Shown piece after piece: positions 50,765-63,470 of a stretch of 64,000 bases of DNA. Position 1 is the stretch's first letter; the number at the start of each line of letters is the position of its first letter. The DNA comes from Pristiophorus japonicus (Eukaryota), in the NCBI RefSeq assembly GCF_044704955.1, contig NC_091999.1, forward strand, positions 65,658,001 through 65,722,000. The letters run 5' to 3'. The translations under genes were made by a program, and so were the position numbers. Below the pieces are notes generated by a model. That model was not told where the DNA came from and searched no databases. It saw only the letters and a program-made list of their open reading frames with translations.

Positions 50765-52185
50765 TTAATCGCATTTTCTGACTAATCTCAGAATAATTCT
50801 CAGAGAGATTTCACGGAATTCTTCAGCTCTGATCTGAATTTCCCCGAGGTTGCTGTATAAAGGCACGGGTTTTGAATGCAACTCAAAAACTTCAATAAAA
50901 TCCCGATTTCCGTGGCGATATACCAAGGTGCTATGCGGTCGGCTCGTTAATAAGTGTTGTTTGTCAGTCTAGTAGTTACAAAGCTCACGGCAGCAGTCAG
51001 CCTCAACAGTATGAAACTGCCCGATTAATGAACAGCAAAATGATGGATTTCCTTCGGTCCTGCATCTCTGTTTCGCTATGATTCTCATGCCTGTGACCCC
51101 GCAATCCCCTGCGGGCTCTATTGGCCACTAAAATAGGATGGATAGTTAATGAATTAAACAGGACATTTAAAGTAAAAGGAAGCCAAACAACCCATGCACT
51201 GTGAAACCAGACGTACGCTGCACCTAAAGGTGAGTGAAAAAAAGCCGCTCTTGACTGGCAGCCCCAAAGCACATTGTTGATTATTTGCTGAGGTTCATAT
51301 GCAAACAAAAGAAGAATATCCTTGAAACAACTCAAAACAAAAAATGTTGTTCTAACCACAGCCGCAGATTGCACGGTCCAATATCTAGATTTAAATATCT
51401 GGTAACAGAGAGCACCATATCGATCAAATGTGAAAGAGTCGGTGAACCAAACAGACAAATCAAAGGTGACACTTGTCATGTATATAATTAGTCTCCACAC
51501 AGAAGTGTGGGACAGCAATGAAAATAGAAAGTGATAACTGAAAATATGCTACACTCCTACATTGATAATCATGACCAGTAGATCCGCTGCTGCCATTGCT
51601 TTCATGTAGACCGAGATACACTTGGAAAGGCCGCACTTTCCTTTGCAGAGAATCACAATTGTCACCAAGTTCGCTGTAAGAAAGAGAGAGGAGGGAAATA
51701 CTGTTGCAGTGTTTGATTGAAATAGATAGGGAGATACCTGTTGAGAGCATTCCACTCCATTCAGTGTGATGACCAACATGAAGCAGTATGAGAACAGGAT
51801 TATTAGTGAAGCTATTACCTGGGTAACATCCCCTGCATTTAACGAGCCACTGCAGCGCTCATGATGCAAGGGGTAAAAAGAAGATCTGGAAATCCGCTAA
51901 AAATCCATGTGTTGACCTGCCAAATTCATTGTGACCGCTAAGATTATAGGATTTTAAGGAATGCGGTAAGCGCAGACATGCAGTTCATGACCTTGTTCCA
52001 GTACTACCGACTGTGTGACGCTGACATCCTGGAAATACATTAACTTATCCAACTGACTGCAAGATCAAAGAGACACTAAAAACCGATTAACAACAAACAG
52101 GTTACAATGGCTCACCGGGGACACCGAAGGCTGTGAGAACCGGATAGTAAATCTCTTTGATCAGAACAATAATCAGTCGCCCCAT
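50765..52185 (-). pseudogene. GPR139/GPR142-like GPCR pseudogene, copy 3 (exon 1 52116-52185, exon 2 50765-51673)
   Basis: Exon 1 MGRLIIVLIKEIYYPVLTAFGVP-G|GTGAG; exon 2 ANLVTIVILCKGKCGLSKC..DLLVMIINVGV*HIF..FTFDRYGALC..WLPF; in-frame TAG at 51549 and a frameshift near 51025. Confidence 0.93.
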
Positions 52186-52630
52186 TTTCTGTGAGAATGG
52201 ATGAATTCCGCTGCAGTGGAAAGCCTCTGACTGTCGCACTGCTGAAGCAATGGAAAGTGAACCTGTATTTATCTACACATCAATGCATCAGGGAGTCAAT
52301 TAAGTTCAATCATAATTAACATTAGTTTCAATCACGTAATAAATATACTCATGTAATTAGCAATTTTTTCTCTGATACATCTGTTTAAAAAAACATTTTA
52401 ACATTGCTCCAGGACAATTAAAACAAACACAATGCAAATATTGTTTACAAGTGAAAAGTGAACTGTCGCAGCAATGGTGCTGATCCGATTCCAATAATTA
52501 TGAGGATAGCCTGCCTTGCAAAAATCGCCGAGACCATGCACTTGCCTCAGTACTGTTGCAAGAACTCCTTCACATCAAGTGGTGAAATAAATCCTGTAAT
52601 ACATGTGATGACAACATACTGCAGCATTAA

Positions 52631-54075
52631 AAGTGACCGTATCACTCCAGTATTAGTGGTACCTACAAATACACGAGATGTGATCGAGCTCCTCCGGTAC
52701 TTGTAGTACCTACACATACACTAAATGTGACCGTATCCCTCCTGTACTAGTGGTACCTACACTTACACGAGAAGTGACCGAGCTCCTATAGTACCAATGG
52801 TAACTACACTTACACTAGAAGTGACCGAGCTCCTACAGTACTAGTGGTATCTACACTTACCCTAGGGGTCATCGTATCCCTCCTGTGCTTGTGGTACCTA
52901 CACTTACACTAGAGGTGACCATATCCCTCCTGTACTGGTAGTAGCTCCAGTTATACCAGAGTGACCGAGCTCCTCCAGTACTTGTAGTACCGACACTTAC
53001 ATTAGAGGTGACCGAGGTCCTACAGTACAAGTGGTGCCTACACATACACGAGCAGTGACCAAGCTCCTCCGGTACATGAAGTACTTGCAATTACTGTCGA
53101 GGTGACCGAGGTCCTACAGTACTAGTGGTACCTACACATACACTAGAACTGAACGTATCCTTCCTGTACTAGTGGTAGCTACACTTACACGAAAGGTGAC
53201 CATATCCCTCCTGTTCTAGTGGTACCTACAGTTAAACTAGATGTGTCTGTATTCCTCCTGTACTAATGGTACCTACAGTCACACCAGATGTGTCCCTATC
53301 CCTAAAGTCTTTTAGTACAAACAGTTACACTAAATGTGTCCGTATCCCTCCTGTACTAGTGGTACCTACAGTTACACCAGATGTGTCCATGCCCCTCCGG
53401 TATTTGTAGTAACTACGCATACACTACAGGTGACCGAGATGCTGCAGTACTAGTGGTACCTACACTTACACTGGAGGTAACCGCGATCTTACAGTACCAG
53501 TGTAAACTACACTTATACTAGAGGTGACCGTATCACTCCTGTACTAGTGGTACCTTTACTTACACGAGAGGTGACGTATCCCTCCTGCATTTGTGGTCCC
53601 TACACTTACACTATAGGTGACCGAGAAACTGCAGTACTATTGGTATGTACACTTACACTAGAGGTGACCGTATCCCTCCTGTACGTGTAACTTGTAGTTC
53701 CTACACATATATTAGAGATGACCGTATCCCTCCTGTACTAGTGGTACCTACACTTACACTAGAGGAACTGAGATCCTGCAGGACGAGTGGTAACTGCACT
53801 TACACTAGAAGTGACCATATCCCTCCTGTACTATGGGACCTAAACCTACACGAGAGATGACTGTATCCCTCCTGTATTTGTGGTATCTACACTTGGATGA
53901 GAGCTGACTGTATCCCTCCTGTACTAGTGTTACATATACGTACACTAGATGTGATCTTATCTCCCCAGTTTCAGTTATATTTACAGTTACACTACAAGTG
54001 ACCATGCTCCTCATTTATTGTTTTTAAGTAGACTTACACGGAGATGACCTTGTCCCTCCGTTACTTTGGTACTTA
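52631..54075. repeat. 47-bp VNTR upstream of GPCR copy 3 (about 31 units)
   Basis: Same unit as 45530-46225. Confidence 0.96.
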
Positions 54076-55216
54076 CAGTTACATTAGAGGCAACTGTGTT
54101 ACCTCGGTGCTTTTAGAGGTAATGGAATTACTCCTGCCTTGCTAAAAGAGAAGGCAGTGTATGTTCAATCATAATGTAACTCCAACAGTTAAAAAGGATG
54201 GCTTTGCGACTCCGATATTAATGGTACCCTGAACATACACTGGGATTTCCCATGCTCTTATATTACTGATGAACACCTACTCTTACACTTGAGGTGACCG
54301 TGTTCCTCCAGTGCAAGGAGTACCTACAACCACCCCAGCGGGTAGAGCAGCCCTCCAGTGCTAGTAAGTTCTACACTTACACTCGAGGTGACCGTGCTCC
54401 TCCAGTACTAGTGGAGCATACACAAGTACATAAGAACACAAGAAATAGTAGCAGGAGGAGGCAATTTGGCGCCTCGAGCCTACTCCGCCATTCAATATGA
54501 TAACAGCTGACCTGATCTTGCCCTCAACTCCATTTCGCTGTCTGCTCCCCATAACCCTGACTGCCTTACTTTTCAAAAAATTAGCACCACCTTAAATATA
54601 TTCAATGACCCAGCGACCGCAATTCGCTGGGGTAGTGAATTCCAAACATTCACGACCAACTGAGAGACAAAATTCATCCTCCTTTCCATTTCATATGGGC
54701 GACCACTTATTCTGAAACTATTCTGCCCAGTTTCAGAAACATCCTCTCTGTAACTACACTGGCAACCCCCTCAAAACGTTATAAGTTTCATTATAATTAT
54801 CTCACATTCTTCCAAACTCCAATGAGTGTCGGCCCAACCTGCTGAACCATTCTTCTTCAGAAAATACCAGCACTGCTCAATGCAGCACCACTCTCGTTAG
54901 TTTGCCAACCTGAAAATGACCCATTTATCCCGACACCATGTCAGTTATCCAGTCTTCTCTCAATGCTAATATATATTACAGCCAACTTTGTGAGCTTTCA
55001 TATTGTATAGTAACATTTTATGTTGAACGTTATCGAATTCCTTCTGGAAATACAAATACAAGGCATCTAACGGTTTCTCTTTATCCACCCAGCTCGGTAA
55101 ATACTCTATTAACTCCCGCAAATGTGTCAACCATTATTTCCCTTCCATACAGCCATGCTGAAACTGCTCGTCTGCATGATAATTTCCTAAATCTCCTCCT
55201 GCTACTTCCTTAATAG

Positions 55217-56190
55217 CACTCTCTTCCGCAGGCGACCGAAGGCTTCACAGATGCAATGGAGGCCGTGTTGGACCTCGTCATAGATGTCTGCCCTTGCTGA
55301 GAGTAGCCTCACGACGTCTGAAAAAGTGTCTACGTTGTGCAAGACCGAGCCATGTATTTTGATGACTGGGGGGCAGTGCTGTGTGGCGGAGTTAGTTTGG
55401 TGGAAGACCTTTGCCTTACAGATGGTAATTCTACGGCCTATGCTTTCGTACACTTCGGTGAAGATGTTGACAACATTTGGGAGTTCAGCCTCGGAATGTG
55501 TGCAGACACATTCATCGTCAGCATGCTGTGGTTCGATGACAGAGCATGGGAAAGGACTGCCCTCCTATATGGCTCAGAGAAGGGGACCAGATAACAGTAG
55601 ACACCTCAAATCGCTGGAGATTTATTACCAACGCTGTCTCCAGAACATCCTGCAAATCCCCTCGGAGGATAGATGCACCAACGTCGGTGTTCTCGATCAG
55701 GCCAAAATCTGCAGCAGCGAAGTATTGACAATACTCGACCAGCTCCGTTGGGCGGGTAACATCGTCCACATGCCCGACACAAGACTCCAAAAGCAAGCGC
55801 TCTATTTGGAACTCCTACATGACAAGCGAACCCCGTTGGGCAGAGGAAATCTTTCAAAGACACTCTCAAATTTTCCTTGAGAAAATGGAACATTCCCACT
55901 GACACCTGTTTAACCTTAGTGCAAGACCACCATAACTGGAGGAAGAACATGCGGGAGGGCGGTGAGCACCTCGAGTCTAGTTGCTAAGAGCAAGCCGGAA
56001 GCAAGCAGATGCAGCGGAAGGAGTGTGTGACAAACCAGGCTCCCCACCCATGCTTTCCATCAATGCATGTTGTCCCACCTGTGACAGAGACTGTCATTCC
56101 CATATTGAACTGTATAGACACTTGAGACCTCACTTTTAGAGTGGAAGCAAGTCTTCCTCATATTAGAGGGACTGCATGTGATAATGTAGA
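55217..56190. mobile_element. RTE LINE insertion with an inverted 5' segment and TSD
   Basis: Minus segment 55217-55545 (QHADDECVC..AFGRLRKRV), plus segment ~55557-56185 (ALLYGSE..tail). TTCCTTAAT flanks both sides within a host CR1. Confidence 0.85.
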
Positions 56191-56264
56191 TAATTATTCC
56201 TTAATTATGGACTCCAGCATTTTCCCAACGACAGCGATTACACTGACTGTTCTATGGTTTGCTG

Positions 56265-57852
56265 ATTTAGGAAAATTGATTGGATTGAAGGCCGAGAAAT
56301 CTCTGGGGCCTGATGGACTTCATCCCAGAGTACTTAAAGAAGTGTCCCTAGAAATAGTGGATGCATTGATGATCATTTTCCAACAGTCTATCGACTCTGG
56401 ATCAGTCCTTATGGACTGGAGGGCAGCTAATGTAACACCACTTTTTAAAAAGGGAAGGAGAGAGAAAGCGGGCAATTATAGTCCGGTTAGCCTGGCATCT
56501 GTAGTGGGGAAAATGTTGGAATCAATTATTAAGGATGAAATAGCAGTGCATTTGGAAAGCAGTGACATAATCGGTCCAAGTCAGCATGGATTTATGAAGG
56601 GGAAAGCAGGCTTGACAAATCTTCTGGAATTTTCGAGGATATATCTAGTAGTGCGTACAAGGGAGAACCAGTGGATGTGCTGTATTTGGACTTTCAAAAG
56701 GTCCCACACAAGAGATTGGTGTGCAAATTCAAAGCACATGGTATTGAGAGTAATATATTGACGTGGATAGAGTACTGGTTGGCAGACAGGAAGTCGAGAG
56801 TCGGGATAAACGGGTCCTTTTCAGAATGGCAGTCAGTGTCTAGTGGAGTGCCACAGGACTCAGTGCTGGGACCGCAGCTCTTTACAATATCTTTCAGTGA
56901 TTTGAATGAAGGAATTCAGTGTAATATTTCCAAGTTTGCAGATGACGCTAAACTGGGTAGCAGTGTGAGCTTTGATGGGGACGCCAGGAGTTTGCAGGTT
57001 TATTTGGACAAGTTAGGTGAGTAGGCAAATGCATGGCAGATGCAGTATAATGTGGATAAATGTGAGGTTATCCACTTTGGGGCCAAAAACACGAAGACAG
57101 AATATTATCTGAATGGCAGCAGATTAGGAAAAGGGGAGGTGCAACGAAACCTGGGTGTCATGGTTCATCAGTCATTGAAAGTTGGCATACAGATGCACAG
57201 GCGGTGAAGAAGACAAATGGTATGTTGGCCTTCACTGCTGGGGGATTTGAGTATAGGAGCAGGGATGTCTTACTGCAGTTGTACAGGGCTTTGGTGAGGC
57301 CTCACCTGGAATATTGTGTTCAGTTTTGGTCTCCTAATCTGCGGAAGGACGTTCTTGATATTGAGGGAGTGCAGCGAAGGATCACAGACTGATTCCAGGA
57401 ATGGCTGGGGAGACTGGATCAACTGGACCTTTATGAATTGGGGATTAGAAGGATGAGAGGCGATCACGTAGAAAAGTATACCATTCTCATGGGACGGGAC
57501 AGGTTAGATGCGGGTACAATGTTACCGATGTTGGGGAAGTCCAGAACAGGGGGACAAATATTCGGATAATGGGTAGGCCATTTAGGACGGAGATGAGGAG
57601 AAACTGCTTCACTCAGAGAGTTATTAACCTGTGGAATTCCCTGCCTCAGAGAGTTGTTTATTTCAATTAATTGGATATATTCAAGAGGGAGTTAGATATG
57701 GCCCTTAAGGCTAATGGGATCAAGGGATATGGAGAGAAAGTAGGAAAGGGGTACTGAGGGAATGATCAGCCATGATCTTATTGAATGGTGGAGCAGGCTC
57801 GACGGGCCGAATGGCCTACTTCTGCCTCTATTTCTTGTGTTCTTTTGTTCTT
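56265..57852 (+). mobile_element. CR1 LINE, 5'-truncated
   Basis: GPDGLHPRVLKEV, GVPQDSVLGP, KFADDAKLG and LVRPHLEYCVQFW, plus tail. Confidence 0.96.
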
Positions 57853-60632
57853 ATTATCCTGCATTGCAATGAATTCAAACATTACACGTGCCTTCCTACT
57901 TCCTATCAATGTGGATAACCTCACTTTTTCCCAAGTTATAATCCATCTGCTAAATTTTTGCCCTCTCAGCCTGTCGCCTGTCCTCCTCACAACATACTTT
58001 AGTATCATCAGCAAATGTGCCTACATTACACTCGGTCCCTTCATCCAAGGCATTAATCTAGCTTGGAAATAGTGGAGGCCACAACACTGATCCTTGTGGC
58101 ACCCCACTCGCGTCAGTTTGACTGTCTGAAAATGAACGATTTATCCCAATTCTCTGTTTTCTGTTGGTTAGCCAATCTTCTATCCTTGCTGGTATATTAT
58201 CCCAAACCCGTGAGCACTTGTCTTGTGCAGTAACATTTTGCATGGTATCTTGTCTAATGTCTTCCTGAAATCCAAGTACACGAAATCTAATGGTACCGCA
58301 TTTATCACGCCGACTCGTTATATCATCAAAGAACTCCAGCAAATTGTCAAACATGATTTCTCTTTCATAAAATCATGCTGACTCTGCTTGGCTGTATTGT
58401 GATTTTCTAAATGGCCTGATTCTATTTCCTTAATATTGGTCTCCAGTATTTGCCCAATGACAGATATTCGGCGAACTGATCTATAGTTTTCTGCTTTCTT
58501 TCTCCCTCCGTTCTTGAATAGTGCCGATTTATTTGTGGTTTTACAATCCCGTGGGACCTCTCCAGAATCCAGGGGTTTTGGTAGATTGCAAGCAATGCAT
58601 CCACTATCTCTGCAGCTATTTATTTTAATATCTCAGAATGCAGGACGTCAGGTTCATGGAATTGTACACCATGAGTCCCAGTATGTTACCGAGTCCTTTT
58701 TCTCCAATGATAGAGATTGTTTTAATTCTCCCTCCCTATAGCGTCTTGATTATTTATTATTAGGATGCTTTTAGTGTCTTCTAGCGTGAAGACCGATAAA
58801 GATATTTATTGAAAATCTCTCCCAATTTTCCGTTTCCAATTATTTAACACAGAATACTTAATGTCAGTTTGATTTTATCTGGATTTCTGATTGTGTTTTT
58901 AACAGATAACTTGCAACAATTTTAAAAGTTTATTAAATCAATGACAAATGATAATTTTGAAGTCCCTTTATTATTTCGTTTGGCAAACTGATTAATTTAT
59001 GACAGCAATAATATTATTCAAGATTCTTTTATTGAAAGGACACAAAAGATAGAATCCATCGTTTTGCTGAGTTCAAAACACCAATCAGTGTACAATCTCT
59101 ATTATAAGTGTATAACCTGGAGAGAAGAGTTGAAGAGTCACATCGGTGAGCCACGTTCCGACTGTCTATTCTATTCTAACACATAGCACATTTCAAGAGC
59201 CCGAGGAATGGTGTCCGATAGAGAGACCCACACATAAAATAATCACACCAAACTTCCAGGAATGTTACCAATATTGGTGATCGCAAGTTCTTTGGTTGTT
59301 TTGGCAACTAATGCCGGTTGTTGTAAGGAGTGGTTATAAATGAAGAACTACGTAGAATTATTTAGCGCCTTTCACGTCCACCAGCACTTTACAGCCAATT
59401 AAGTAAGTTTGAAGTGTAGTCACTGTTATGAGTCAACTATTCTGAATACCAGGTGCTCCTTTAACACGGGGGTCGATGTTCTATATTAACGACATGGAAG
59501 AAGGGACTGAGTGTAACGTTGCCAATGTTGCTGTCGATACAATGATGGGAGGAAAAGCAATGTGTGAGGAGGACACAAAAAATCTGCAAAATTACATAGA
59601 CAGGCTAAGTGAGTGCCTAAAATTTGGCAGATGGATTATAATGTTGGAAAGTGTGAGGTCATGCACTTATGCAGAAAAACATCAAAGAGCAAGTTATTAT
59701 TTAAATGGAGAAAAATGCAAAATGCTGCAGTACAGTGGGACCTGGGGTCACTTGTGTATGAAACACAAAAGGATAGTATGCAGGTACAGCAAGTCATCAG
59801 GAAGCCAATGGTACATTGGCTTTAATGTGAAGGGGATGGAATATAAAAGCAGGAAGGTCTTACTACAGCTATATAAAATATCGGCGAGGCCACACATGGA
59901 ATACTGCATGCAATTTTGGTTTTCATATTTAAAAAAGGATATACTTGTTTTGGAGGCGGTTCAGAGAAGGATTGCAAGGTTGATTCCGGAGATAAGAGGC
60001 TTGTCTTATGAGGAAAGCTTGCGTAGGTTGGGCCTCTAATCATTGGAGTTCAGAACAATGTGAGGTGATCTTATCCAAATTTATAAGATTATGAGGAGAC
60101 TTAACAACGTGGATGCAGAGAGGATGTTTCCATTGATGGGGGAGTCTCGAACTTGAGGCACGATTTTAGAATAAGTGGCCGCTTATTTAAAACAGAGATG
60201 AGGAGAAATGTCTTCTCTCAGAGGATTGTAAATCCGTGGAATTCGCTGTCTCTGAATATTGTGGAAGATGGGACATTGAATAAATTTAAGACAGAAATAG
60301 AGAGTTTCTTAAATGACAAGGGGATAAGGGGTTATGGGGAGCGGACTGCGCAGTGCAGCTAAGTCCATGATCAGATCAGGCATGATCGTACTGAATGATG
60401 GAGCAGGGTCGACGGGCAGTATGGCCTTCTCCTATTCTTTTTGTTATGTTCTTATGTTCTTATGACACCATCCGAGACGTATTTCCAGCACTGCGTTTGC
60501 TACGAAATGGATGACATTTTCACAAACGAACACACCCAGTTTTAACATTACCAGAACAAAGAATATTATACAATGCAACGGAGTTCAATTCATATTTATT
60601 TACAAAAAGCTTTTCATTCGACTTGATTCTTG

Positions 60633-62052
60633 TTATCCGCATTTTCTGTCTAATCTCAGAATGAGTGTCCAGAGCGATTTCACGGAATTCTTCAACTCTG
60701 CTCTGAATTTCCCCTGGTTTGCTGTATAAATTCACGGATTTTGAATGCAACTCAAAAACTTCAATAAAGTTCCAGATTTCGTGGCGATATAGCCGGGACT
60801 ATCCTGTCGCCTCAGTAATAAGTGGTGTTTGTCAGTCTGGTAGCTATAAAGCTCACGGCAGCACTCAGCCGCAACAGTATAAAACTGTCCGAAATAATGA
60901 ACAGCAAAATGATGGATTCCCTTCGATTCTGCATCTGTGTTTCGCTATGATTCTCACTCCTGTGACCCTGCAGTCCCCTGCGAGCTCTATTGGCCACTAA
61001 AATACGATGTATAGTTAATGAATTAAACAGGACAATTGAAGTAAAAGGAAGCCAACCAACCCCTGCTCTGTGAAGTCAGACGTACGCTGCACCTAAAGGT
61101 GAGTGAAAAAAAGCCGCTCTTGACTGGCAGCCCCAAAGCACATTGTTGATTATTTGCTGAGGTTCATATGCAAACAAAAGAGGAATATCCTTGAAGCAAC
61201 TTAAAATAAAAATGTTGTTATAACCGCAGCCGCAGATTGCGCGGTCCAATATCATGATTAAATTTCTGGTAACAGAGAGCTACATATCGATCAAATATGA
61301 AGGAGACAGTGAACCAAACAGACAAATCAAAGATGACAGTTGGCATGTATATAATTAGCCTACCTTCGGAAATGTGGGACAGAAATGAAAATGAAAAATG
61401 ATAACTGAAAATATGATACACTGTTACATTGATGATCATGACCAGTAGATCAGCTGCTGCCATTGCAAGCATGTAGACTGAGATACACTTGGATAAGCCG
61501 CACTTTCCTCGGCAGAGAATCAGAATTTTCACCAGTTCGCTGTAAGAAAGACAGAGAGGAGAAATAATGTTTGCAGTGTTTGATTGAAATTGACACGGTT
61601 ATACCTGTTGAGAGCATTCCACTCAATTCAGTGCGATTATCTACATGAAGCATTGTGAGAACAGAATTATTAATGCAGCCATTTCCTGGACAACATCCCC
61701 AAACATTTAATGAGCCACTGCAGCGCACATGATGCACGGGGTAAAAAGAAGGTCTGGAAATTCGCAGAAATCTATGAGTCGTCCTTCAAAAATCATTGTT
61801 ATCGCTGAGAGTGTCGGATTTTAAGGAATGCGGTAAGTACAGACATGCCCTTCACGACCTTATTCCAGTCACTACCGACTGTGTGACACTGACATCCTGG
61901 AAACATATTAACTTATTCAGCAGGTTGTAAGATCAAGGAGAAAATAAAAACCGATTAAGAACGAAAAGGTTACAACGCTTACCAGTGACACTGAAGGCTG
62001 CGAGAATCGGGTAGTAACCCTCTTTTATCAGAACAATAATCGCTCGCCCCAT
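60633..62052 (-). pseudogene. GPR139/GPR142-like GPCR pseudogene, copy 4 (exon 1 61983-62052, exon 2 60633-61539)
   Basis: Exon 1 MGRAIIVLIKEGYYPILAAFSVT-G|GTAAG; exon 2 is frameshifted right after AN, then ILCRGKCGLSKC..AMAAADLLV..FIFDRYVALC; a second frameshift near 61260 and further stops. Confidence 0.92.
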
Positions 62053-62477
62053 TTTCTCTGAGAATAGATTAATTCCGCTGCAGTGGAAAGCCTCTGACTG
62101 GCGCACTGCTGTAGCAATAGAAAGTGAACCTGTATTTATCTACACATCAATGCATCAGGGAGACAATTAAGTTCAATCATAATTAACATTACTTTCAGTC
62201 ACGTATTAAATACACTCATGTAATTAGCAATTTTTTCTCTGATACATCAGTTTAGAAAAATATTTTAACGTTGTTACTGTACAATTAAAAACAACACAAT
62301 TAAAATATTGTTTACAAGTGGAAACTGGTGCTGATTCAATTCCTAACATTGTGAGAAGAGCTTGCCTTGCAAAAATCACCAAGACCCTGTGCTCACTACT
62401 GGTGCAAGAACTCCCTCAGATCAGGTGGTGAAATAAATCCTGTAATAGATGTGAAGACAATAGCATTGCAGCATTAT

Positions 62478-63470
62478 AAGTGACCATATCTCTCCAGTAT
62501 TAGTGGTATCTACACATACACGAAAGGTGACCGAGCTCCTCTGGTACTTGTAGTACTTATACATATACAAGAGGTGATTGCATCACTCATGTACCAGTGG
62601 TACCTACACTTACATTAGAGGTGACCTTATCCCTCCTGTACTAGTGATATCCACACTGACACTAGAAGTGACCGAGATCCTTCACTACTAGTGGTAACTA
62701 AACTTACACTAGAAGTGAACGTATCCTTCATGTTCTATTGGCACCTAGACTTATACTAGAGGTGATCGTATCCCTCCGGTACTCGTGGTATATACAGTTA
62801 CACTAGATGGGAACGTATCCCTCTGGTACTTGCAATAACTACACTTACACAAGTGGTGACCGAGATCCTGCAGTACTAGGAGTACCTGCACATACACGAG
62901 AGGTCACCGTATCACTCCTGTACTTGTAGTACCTACATATACACTACAGGTGACCTTATCCCTCCTGTACGAGTGGTAACTATACTTTTACTTGAGGTGA
63001 CTGAGACCCTGCAATACTAGTGGTAACTACACTTAGAGTTGACCATATCCCTTCTGCACTATGGTACCTACACAGACACGAGAGGTGACCGGATCCCTCG
63101 TGTATTAGTTTACCTATACATACACGAGAGGTGACCATATCCCTCCTGTACTTGTGGTACCTGAACATACACTAGAGATGATCGAGATCCTACAGTACTA
63201 GTGGTACCTAAACATACACGAGATGACCGTATCCCTCCTATACTTGTGGTGCCTGCACATACACTAGAGGTGATCGAGATCCTACAGTACTAGTGGTACG
63301 TACACTTAGATTAGAGGTGACCGTATCCCTCCTGTACTAGTGGTACCTACACATTCACTAGATGTGATCGTATCTCTCCAGTTTTAGTCATACATTCACT
63401 TACACTACACGTGATCATGCTCCTCTGTAACTAGTTTTAACTACACTTATCCGGAGATGACCTTACCCCC
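62478..63470. repeat. 47-bp VNTR upstream of GPCR copy 4 (about 21 units)
   Basis: Same unit as 45530-46225. Confidence 0.96.

Noticed and set aside
45530-63470. CRISPR-like appearance of the 47-bp arrays with palindromes and a variable middle
   Set aside because: The middles are two related variants, not unique spacers; eukaryotic context; no cas genes.
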